Positions 1-7,367 of a stretch of 58,534 nt of DNA are shown here, piece by piece. Position numbers and translations under genes: made by a program. This DNA comes from Candidatus Eiseniibacteriota bacterium (lineage in GTDB: Bacteria > Eisenbacteria > RBG-16-71-46). The stretch covers positions 1 through 58,534 of the forward strand of contig VBOY01000072.1 of NCBI GenBank assembly GCA_005893295.1, in the 5' to 3' direction. Within the stretch, counting starts at the first letter, position 1, and each line of letters begins with the position of its first letter. The notes under the pieces were generated by a model that saw only the letters and a list, made by a program, of their open reading frames with translations, searched no databases and was not told where the DNA came from.

Positions 1-1090
1 GTTGCGGGGCCCGAGCGTGACGTAGAAGGTCATGCGCTTGCCATCGCGCAGCACCTCGACCGGAACCCGCTTCCCCACCTGGGTATCGGCGACGCGCAGG
101 CGGAACTTTTCCCGATCGGTGACGGGCTCGCCGTCGAACGCCACGATGACGTCGTTGCGCTTGAGACCCGCCCGCCCGGCCGGGGTGCCATCGCCGACGC
201 TCGCGATCACGACTCCTTTGTCGGTATTGAGGCCGAAGCCTTCCGCGATCTCGGGTGTGAGGGGGGACAGCGTCACTCCGAGCCAAGCGCGCGCGACCTC
301 GCCGTGGGCCACCAGCTGCTCGGCCACGTGTTTGGCGAGGTTGATGGGGATCGCGAAGCCGATGCCCTGACCGCTTGGATTGATCGAAATTGATCGACGC
401 GTCGGTTTGAATGAAGTCCTGATACTCCGGCGTGCCACCGAAGATCTGGAGGTCCGAGCGGCCGCGCGCGCTGACGATCCCCACGGTGACCGAGCCCTTG
501 AGCATGCCGAGTGGATTGCCCACTGCGATCGCCCAGTCGCCTACGTGGATCTTGTCCGAATCCCCGAGCGGCAGCGCCGGCAGGTGGTCGCCGTCGATCT
601 TGATCACCGCTACGTCGGTGGCGGGGTCGGTTCCCACGACTTTGGCCTTGAACGTGCGCTTGTCGTTCAGCGTGACCGTGATCTCGTCTGCGTTCGAAAC
701 GACGTGGTTGTTGGTCAGGATGTGTCCCTGCGGGTCCACGATGAAGCCCGAGCCCGAGCTCGGCACCCGCTGCGGACGGCGCGGCGCATCGAAGAAGCGC
801 CGGAACAGCTCGTCCTGCGGGTCCTCGGAATCCCCCGAGCCCACCTTCTTGCGCACGTCGACGAACACCACCGCGGGCAGTGCCTTGTCGACCACGCCGA
901 CGAATGGGCTCTCAGGGACCGGGGACGAAGAGCTGATCGCCGAGAGCAGACTCTTCTGGGCCGTCGACAGTATTTGCACGTTCAGCCCGGCGCTGAGCCC
1001 CAGACCGATCACCAATCCCACCAACACCAGCAGCAACGCGCTCACGTAATAGCGGCGCGGCCGCACCTTGCGGACCGAATCAGCACTCAT
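1..1090 (-). pseudogene. htrA: HtrA/DegP-family periplasmic serine protease (trypsin domain + PDZ). The 3' end runs off the window. As assembled, the frame is broken and the catalytic-Ser segment is absent.
   Basis: Reverse-strand translation from ATG 1090 (GGAGGA upstream) gives a membrane anchor, then GFIVDPQGHILTNNHVV (His box), DVAVIKI (Asp box) and FIQTDASIN. After a 10-bp tandem duplication at 379-398, the PDZ part (GIGFAIPINLAKHV...GLKRNDVIVAFDGEPV) continues in another frame. No GNSGGPL motif is present. The gene is missing from the ORF track because it is open to the window edge. Confidence 0.75.
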
Positions 1091-1368
1091 TGAAATCCTC
1101 CCCAAGGGTCCCGAGGCCCAGTGCGCTCGGGGACGACGCGCTCACCGATTCGATGCTCGAAAGACGAGCCTTGGATCGTTCAACCTAGCGCCCCGAAACC
1201 GGCGCCTGTCACAGGGCCGTCAAGTCTGGAGCGCCCAGCGTTTTCCATGGTCAACGCGGCCATTATACCCGGTCGAGCCCGACCGAGTTCCGCCCCGCAC
1301 GCTCGTCGCACGACACGCGGCGCTGGTCATCTTGTGGCCGCCAAAACGTCGTTGCTAGACTGCGGATC

Positions 1369-2106
1369 ATGGCCTCGGGCTCGGGGGTGTTCTTCCTTTC
1401 CGATGCGCACCTCGGCGCGGAGCCGCGCGAATTAGAAGCCGAGCGCGAGGCCTTGCTTCACGAGTTCCTGACCTCGCTTCGCGACCGTGCATCGGCGGTC
1501 TACATCGTCGGCGACTTGTTCGACTTCTGGTTCGAGTATCGGTCGGCGATCCCGCGACGGCCATTCGAAACGTTGACGGTGCTGCGCGACTTGCGTCGCG
1601 CCGGAGTCGAAGTCCACTACCTCTGCGGGAACCACGACTTCTGGCTCGGGCCCTTCCTGTCGCGCGAGCTGGGGCTCGTGACACACCCCGAGGTGTTGTC
1701 GTTGGAGATCCAGGGGCGGCGCATCTGGCTCCATCACGGCGACGGTCTGCTCGGGGGCGACCTGGGGTACCGCATCATCAAGGGAATCCTGCGCCATCCC
1801 TTGAGCATTCAGCTCTATCGGCTGCTCCATCCCGACCTCGGCCTCCCGCTCGCGCATTGGTTCTCCAAGCTCTCGAGGACCTCCCGCGCCGGGCGGCCGC
1901 TCGACGAAGAGCATCTGTGGCGGGAGATCGCCGCCCCGAGGTTCGCGGCGGGCTTCGATGCCGTCCTGGTAGGGCACCTCCATCACGCGATCGAGCGCCG
2001 CGAGGGCGGCCGCGACTTCTTCGTCCTCGGCGACTGGATCGATCAGTTCACCTACGTGGCGCTGGAGGAAGGACACTTCAGGCTCGGCGTCTGGCCGCGT
2101 CGCTAG
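1369..2106 (+). CDS. lpxH: UDP-2,3-diacylglucosamine diphosphatase (LpxH-type metallophosphoesterase)
   Basis: 245-aa ORF with the LpxH metal-binding motif set: FFLSDAHLG, VGDLFDFWFEY, GNHDFW, HHGD, GHLH. Confidence 0.8.
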   Translation: MASGSGVFFLSDAHLGAEPRELEAEREALLHEFLTSLRDRASAVYIVGDLFDFWFEYRSAIPRRPFETLTVLRDLRRAGVEVHYLCGNHDFWLGPFLSRELGLVTHPEVLSLEIQGRRIWLHHGDGLLGGDLGYRIIKGILRHPLSIQLYRLLHPDLGLPLAHWFSKLSRTSRAGRPLDEEHLWREIAAPRFAAGFDAVLVGHLHHAIERREGGRDFFVLGDWIDQFTYVALEEGHFRLGVWPRR

Positions 2107-2125
2107 TCCGGGGCGCCAGGCGGCC

Positions 2126-3046
2126 TCAAAACTGCGCGACGAACGACAGCCGGTGCGTGTCCCCGAGGTCGAGCTTGTAGGGGACGAACGCGTAGTCGAG
2201 CCGGACGGTCGGCAGCTTCCAGCCGACCCCGTAGCTGACCGGCGCGATCCTATCGCCGGCCCTCACTCCGAGCCTGAGGGCGGCCCCCACCGGATGAGTG
2301 ATCTCGCCTCCCACCATGGCCACACCGCTCTCCCCCCGCGTCAGGCGAGCCTCGAGGGCCACGTGCCCGCCGACGGCCATCGGGGAGCCGAACCCGTAGG
2401 AGACTCCGGCCTGTCCGGCCATGGGCAGCGGCACCGGCTGGCCGCGCTCGCCGCCGATCCGATACCGAGCCGCCGGGCCCAGGTGCTCGAGCGAGAGGCC
2501 GGCCTTGAGGCTCGGCAACGGCTCCCAGGTGGTGCCGGCGCCGAAGGCCATGGTCGTGGCCGCCGACTCGGCGATTCGCTCGCGCAACACCTGGGCCGAG
2601 CCTCCGATGCGCCACGCCTGGCCGGCGGCGAGCCCGTAGCCGAGCGAAAACTCCAGATCGTGGCCGCCGAAGGACCCGACCTCGTTTCCCACCTCGTCGC
2701 GCTCGACGATCGCCTCGGAATACATCGCCCGGATTCCGGCCGACGTCCCACCGCCTAACAATCGCCCGGCGACCGCGAACTGATCGTGGCGCAGGCTCTG
2801 CAGAAACTCGACGTGCGAACCGACGACCTGAATGCCGTGCACGGCGGCCAGGCCGGCAGGGTTCCAGAACGCGGATTCCACTCCCTCACAGAGCGAGACG
2901 TACGCGCCACCGAGAGCGGAGGCACGTGCGCCTGCCGGCACCTCGAGGAACGCGAAGCCCGGGGGGCCCGCGGCCGCCTGGGAAGGCGCGAACGTGAGCG
3001 CGAACAGGGCCAAGGAGAGGATCGAGCGACGGGGGATTCGGTTCAT
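2126..3046 (-). CDS. PorV/PorQ-like outer-membrane beta-barrel protein
   Basis: 306 aa with a signal peptide (..TFAPSQAAA). The N-terminal motif GARASALGGAYVS...AFWNPAGLA is typical of PorV/FadL-like barrels. It has an alternating beta-strand pattern and ends in ..SFVAQF. Confidence 0.55.
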   Translation of the reverse strand: MNRIPRRSILSLALFALTFAPSQAAAGPPGFAFLEVPAGARASALGGAYVSLCEGVESAFWNPAGLAAVHGIQVVGSHVEFLQSLRHDQFAVAGRLLGGGTSAGIRAMYSEAIVERDEVGNEVGSFGGHDLEFSLGYGLAAGQAWRIGGSAQVLRERIAESAATTMAFGAGTTWEPLPSLKAGLSLEHLGPAARYRIGGERGQPVPLPMAGQAGVSYGFGSPMAVGGHVALEARLTRGESGVAMVGGEITHPVGAALRLGVRAGDRIAPVSYGVGWKLPTVRLDYAFVPYKLDLGDTHRLSFVAQF

Positions 3047-3110
3047 GATGGAATGGGCGCGCCCGCGAGAGACGCCACGAGCGCGCCCACTCTACCAGGA
3101 CGACGCCGGG

Positions 3111-4637
3111 TCAGCGACCCTCGCGCCACGGGCGGCTGCGCGAGCCGTCGCCGCGCTCCGAATCGGAACGTCGTTTCTCTTCGTGGCGCCGCTCCTCGCG
3201 CGGAGGATCCGGCCTCGTGATCTCGCGCCGCGATTCGCCGTCACGACTCGGGCCACGCTCCGGACGGAGATCGCCGAGGTCGCGTCCCATCGGGATCCTT
3301 CTCTCTTCCGCGGGTATGCGTTCCATCCGGTCGCGTCCCCTGGGGACCCAGCGCTCTTCGGCGGGCACGCGCTCCAGCCGGTTGCGGCCCATCGGGACCC
3401 GTCTCTCTTGCGCGGGTGCGGGTTCGACTCGGTCCCGTCCCTCGGGCCGTGCGCCTTGGTTGGGTCGCAGCACCCGCCACGGCGGATCGGCGGCACGCGA
3501 TCCGGGGTCGGTCAGGTCATCGGGGCGGCGAGGGCGGAACCGTGGATCGTCCGATGGTTGTGGTCGTGGGTCCTTGCGGATCGGACGCACGCCATCGCGC
3601 ACCCGCTCGGAGCCTCGCGGCACCCACGCGAGCCCTCCTCGCACGCCACGCGTCGCGTCGCGTCGCGAGAAACCTGGAGGAGCCGGCGAATCATCCCCCC
3701 ATACGCCGCCGTTTCGGAACTTCGACGGAGGAACGTAGCCCGAAGGAGGGTCTGACCTGAAGCGAGTGAGCCGGCTCCCCCAAAGAGTGCTCCACCGCTT
3801 CCACCCGTCCCAAGAAGAATAGCACGTCCGGCTGGCAAGCAAGCCCCGATATCGGGGCGGGCAGCTCGGACGATAGACGTAATAGTAGTAGGGCACGAAC
3901 CCGTTCCAGTAGCTCGGCCCCCAGGCCCAGGCCCAATTGACCCGAAAGTCGATGGCACTACAGGTCGTGTAGTAGGGGTCGAAGCCGTCCCACCAGGCCC
4001 AGTGGTTGGGCCGGTGGCAGTCGTAGCACAGGTAGCGCGGGTAGCGGACCTGGTTATGGACGTAGTAGGAGACATAGGCGGTCGCGAAACCGCTCGGATC
4101 TTCCGGGTCCTCGAGCACCCGCCGTCGGATACGCTCCATGGCCACGAACGGGTCGCCGACGATCCGACCCTCCTGGGTCACGCCCTCTTCCTCGTCGTCC
4201 CCCTCGCCTTGGTACCCGATCTCGCCGGCCTGCGCATCGACGGGTCTCAAATACCACGGCAGGTTGCGGAACGGGCGCTCGGAGGCGATGCCCACAATGT
4301 ATCCCTCGCCCACTGGACCTTCCACGACCAGCTCGACGTCCGATCCCGCCGGCGGGATCGCGTAGCTGCGCCGTCCCTCGATGAAGCCACGGCTTCCCCG
4401 CTGGGGGAACAGGGCGTGCACGGCTCCCTCGGAGTCGATCTCGTAGACCAGCAGGTAGGCGTCATCCGAGGTCCGAGCCGTGATCCCGATCGTCTGGCCC
4501 GGCTGGTAGACGCCGTCCGCGCCACGGTCGGTCCACAGCTCGATGTCCAATCCTCGCGCGGGTGAAGCTTCGGCTCGGGAGGTGGGCGCAACTGCTGCCA
4601 CGAGAGCCACCACCAGCATTCCGCACGTCCTTCTCAT
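3111..4637 (-). CDS. Secreted DUF4384-like protein with a CYDCH/aromatic module and an Arg/Glu-rich repeat tail
   Basis: 508 aa with AAGGAAGG upstream of the ATG and a signal peptide. The N-terminal region (LWTDRGADGVYQPGQTIGI..DAYLLVYEIDSEGAVHALFP) resembles DUF4384. This is followed by YPRYLCYDCHRPNHWAWWDGFDPYYTTC and then 17-aa repeats. Confidence 0.6.
   Translation of the reverse strand: MRRTCGMLVVALVAAVAPTSRAEASPARGLDIELWTDRGADGVYQPGQTIGITARTSDDAYLLVYEIDSEGAVHALFPQRGSRGFIEGRRSYAIPPAGSDVELVVEGPVGEGYIVGIASERPFRNLPWYLRPVDAQAGEIGYQGEGDDEEEGVTQEGRIVGDPFVAMERIRRRVLEDPEDPSGFATAYVSYYVHNQVRYPRYLCYDCHRPNHWAWWDGFDPYYTTCSAIDFRVNWAWAWGPSYWNGFVPYYYYVYRPSCPPRYRGLLASRTCYSSWDGWKRWSTLWGSRLTRFRSDPPSGYVPPSKFRNGGVWGDDSPAPPGFSRRDATRGVRGGLAWVPRGSERVRDGVRPIRKDPRPQPSDDPRFRPRRPDDLTDPGSRAADPPWRVLRPNQGARPEGRDRVEPAPAQERRVPMGRNRLERVPAEERWVPRGRDRMERIPAEERRIPMGRDLGDLRPERGPSRDGESRREITRPDPPREERRHEEKRRSDSERGDGSRSRPWREGR
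3240..3440 (-). repeat. 51-bp (17-codon) tandem repeat, 3 full copies plus 1 partial, inside the 3' part of CDS 3111-4637
   Basis: The protein reads GRDRVEPAPAQERRVPM / GRNRLERVPAEERWVPR / GRDRMERIPAEERRIPM / GRDLGDLRPERGPSRD. The DNA copies lie at about 3390-3440, 3339-3389, 3288-3338 and 3240-3287. Confidence 0.8.
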
Positions 4638-4649
4638 CCCACACCTTCC

Positions 4650-5129
4650 TTACGGGCCTTCGTCGCGGGGCCGTTGCTCGGAATCCCTTCGCCCGCGCTT
4701 GCCCTGATGCTTCCTACCCCGTTCCGTCGCCGATCGCTCCGTGCGACGCTCGTTGCCGATCTCTGGTGCGCCGCCCGAGCGGCGCCATGATTCGTAGTCC
4801 CGCCCCTCCAGGTAACGGGGCTGCACCCGATATCCGGGTCGGTACCGATACCGGCCATAGTCCGGGTGGCTTTCCTTGATCCGCACGTAGCGCTCCCGGT
4901 AGAGGGCCACCGCCCCGGGGTAGTCGGCCCACCGATAGCGAAATCCGTAGGCAACGCACCAATCATAGTACGGATCGAAGAATCTGTAGCCGTGGCAGTC
5001 ATAGCAGAAGTAGCTGGGATGGGGTCGCGAGGCGACGCTGTAGCCGAGGAACACGCTCCGGTAGCCGGCGGCGCACCCGAGGAGGCCCGCCACCAGAGCC
5101 CCTGCCGCCACGGCAGTCGTCCAGCGCAC
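4650..5129 (-). CDS. Small lipoprotein with a CYDCH/aromatic module and a highly charged C-terminal tail
   Basis: 159 aa with a GTG start and GAGGAGG 6-7 nt upstream. Lipobox ..AGLLGC. The motif HPSYFCYDCHGYRFFDPYYDWC is paralogous to the module in 3111-4637. The tail is rich in R/E/K. Confidence 0.6.
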   Translation of the reverse strand: MRWTTAVAAGALVAGLLGCAAGYRSVFLGYSVASRPHPSYFCYDCHGYRFFDPYYDWCVAYGFRYRWADYPGAVALYRERYVRIKESHPDYGRYRYRPGYRVQPRYLEGRDYESWRRSGGAPEIGNERRTERSATERGRKHQGKRGRRDSEQRPRDEGP

Positions 5130-5139
5130 CCATTCCTCC

Positions 5140-5964
5140 TCACCGCACCCAGGCCAGCGGCCGGCCGCCGGCCCCCCGCGCCGGACGCGCCCGCAGCTCG
5201 GGATTCCCGGCCGCGGTTTGGTACGCCCAGTCGAACACCACTCGCGCTGGCTGCCCGAGCTGCGGAGCCACCAGGTCCGTCACGCGGAACTTGGCGTAAC
5301 GATCGTCGGCTGTCCAGACCACGTAGCAGTGCCCATCGATCAGCTCGACCGAGCCGCTCGGCGACCAACCCCCGCTGGGAGCGAAGTCGACCGCATCCAG
5401 GGAGCGGGCGTAGCCGGCGTCCTGGATGTCGACGTCGAGTGGCACGAACATCTGGTAGACCGACCCGTTGTAGCCGAAGAACATGTCGGTGGACGAATCG
5501 TCCCATCTCTGGACCGCCGCGGTCGAAAAGTCGTAGCCGCTTCCCGCGTCCTGGTCGAGGAAGTTCACCAGCGACCGGCCGAATCCTTCCGGGCGTGGCG
5601 TGTCGAACAGGATGTCCTCGGAGAGTTCGCTCTCGTTGCCGTGGCGATCGTAGGCGGTCACCCCGAAGTATCGAGTGACGCCGTTCAAGAGACCAGACAC
5701 TCGAAACGAGGTACCGGTGGTCGATCCGACCGGCTGGTATGCGCAGTCGGATCCGCGTGGGCAGGGCGCTACGTAGACCCGATAGCCGGCCACGTCGGGC
5801 TCGGTGTTGTCGAGCCAGTACACCCACACGTCTTGGTCACCCGTCACGGTGTAGACCCCGCGGGGAGGGGCCGGCGGAACGACGTCCCTCACGGAGACCG
5901 TGTCATCATCACATCCGGCCAACGTCAACGCCGCGGCAAATAGGAACGTCCACGTCGCGCGCAT
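5140..5964 (-). CDS. Lipoprotein with a fibronectin type III domain and an unassigned beta-rich C-terminal domain
   Basis: I chose the start at ATG 5964 (MRATWTFLFAAALTLAGC lipobox, GGAGG 8 nt upstream). The track ORF extends to 6180. The FN3-like segment reads PPAPPRGVYTVTGDQDVWVYWLDNTEPDVAGYRVYV...YFGVTAYDRHGNES. Confidence 0.65.
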   Translation of the reverse strand: MRATWTFLFAAALTLAGCDDDTVSVRDVVPPAPPRGVYTVTGDQDVWVYWLDNTEPDVAGYRVYVAPCPRGSDCAYQPVGSTTGTSFRVSGLLNGVTRYFGVTAYDRHGNESELSEDILFDTPRPEGFGRSLVNFLDQDAGSGYDFSTAAVQRWDDSSTDMFFGYNGSVYQMFVPLDVDIQDAGYARSLDAVDFAPSGGWSPSGSVELIDGHCYVVWTADDRYAKFRVTDLVAPQLGQPARVVFDWAYQTAAGNPELRARPARGAGGRPLAWVR

Positions 5965-6021
5965 GCCTCGAGCCTCCATGAATGGGCCGGGGAGCCGCCC
6001 GCACCACGAAAGCCGAAAACG

Positions 6022-6036
6022 GCAAGCCACGTGCCA
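6022..6036 (-). promoter_or_regulatory. Sigma-54 (-24/-12) promoter, perfect consensus
   Basis: The reverse strand reads TGGCAC-GTGGC-TTGC (GG-N10-GC). The expected transcription start is about 45-50 nt upstream of ATG 5964. Confidence 0.7.
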
Positions 6037-6340
6037 GGTTGGGCACGGAGAGGAGAGGCGAGAGCCACGTCCCCAACCACAACGGCAATCACGAGTTGCG
6101 GGGCTCGCAGAGGTCGTGGCGGTTCGCGGAACGGGCGCCGAGCGCTGCGGCGGCGATGCAGGTGTGCGGCGACACCACACTGCTCAAACAAGAGGACACC
6201 GGCCAAGTAGCTCGCGGCACCAGCCGGAACATCCCCCAGTGTCAGCCTATGCCACGTTTGACCGGTGTCTCACGCTTCGAAGCACGGCGAACCTGGACCC
6301 GATTCCCGGTCGTTCTAAACCACATGGTGCTACCGAACGG

Positions 6341-6718
6341 CTAGCCGGCGCTGCCGACACCCTGGTGATGGCAATCGTTCTGGCAGTCAATTTTGCCAGC
6401 GGTCAGCGCGTCTTTTGCCGCAGAGTGCCGAGTCGACTCGGCTTGCAGACAGTCGTTCTTTGCGTTGTTGTCCTCGATCAGCTGGCAGACTGCTACCTCG
6501 GCTGCGTGACGCTTTTGCTCCAGCTTGAACAGTAGATCGTACAGATCGTTGCAGTGCTTGATGCAGGTCGTGGGAGCGGCACGCGTCAGACCCACGCCGG
6601 TAAGGTTGTCGCCCACCATCGTGCACTGCGACAGGGTGAGCGAGACGACGCCGAGGACCGTTGCAAGCGCAACGAACACGACCGCACGGTAAATTCGGTT
6701 GGGGCTGGCATGCTGCAT
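6341..6718 (-). CDS. Small secreted Cys-rich helical protein (CX3C ... CX11C ... CX3C)
   Basis: I chose the start at ATG 6718 (GGAGGA 5 nt upstream). The track ORF extends to 6889. It has an N-terminal hydrophobic anchor and the motifs CIKHC, CQLIEDNNAKNDC and CQNDC. The region is visibly less GC-rich than its neighbours. Confidence 0.5.
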   Translation of the reverse strand: MQHASPNRIYRAVVFVALATVLGVVSLTLSQCTMVGDNLTGVGLTRAAPTTCIKHCNDLYDLLFKLEQKRHAAEVAVCQLIEDNNAKNDCLQAESTRHSAAKDALTAGKIDCQNDCHHQGVGSAG

Positions 6719-7149
6719 GAGTTCCTCCTTATGCGCGCAGGAGTCACGTACTTTTCCGCGATGGGCCCAACACCGTCGTTTTGATGTGCCGAGTAGGTCC
6801 TCCCCACACCCGTCTCCGCCAGCGCGTGGAATCGCCCTTGCGTCGAAGCTCGCTCGCAGGGGGAGTCGGTCGCGTCCGGGCGATCCCACGGATCCTGCGC
6901 CGAGGCGGTGACCCCGAGGTTTACAGACCGGATCTAGGAGTCCGAACCACAGGCGGCCGCCGTGCGCACGTCACGCGCAAACGGGTGGTCTCGAAAAGTC
7001 CCAGGCTAGCCGGTCGAACGGGCTGGTGCGCTGTCGAGATGACCGGGGCTCGTACCCTTCGTCCAGGGCCCGAAACGAGCCGGCTAGCCCAGATAAGAAC
7101 GCCTGGTTGCAGCGCTCTTGGAGGTCCCCCCCTCCGCGCAGGGCATTTC

Positions 7150-7164
7150 GCACTCGGCGTGCCA
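7150..7164 (-). promoter_or_regulatory. Candidate sigma-54 promoter
   Basis: The reverse strand reads TGGCAC-GCCGA-GTGC (GG-N10-GC spacing is correct, with one mismatch in the -12 box). It lies about 200 nt downstream of the activator gene stop and about 430 nt upstream of the next start codon (6718). Confidence 0.5.
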
Positions 7165-7367
7165 TCATTCGGACCGCAGGTGACAGTTCAAGAAACCGAT
7201 TGCCGCGCTTTGGGTTGCGCGGCCAGCCGCGATCGAGCGCGACGGCAGTGGGTGAGCATCGCGGACCAGATCACGAAACAAATATGACAATCCCGCCGAG
7301 CCTCGAGCTAACTCCTTTGGCTGAGCGGGGTTCGTTGTTAATCGGATTTACAGCGCCAATGACGATT

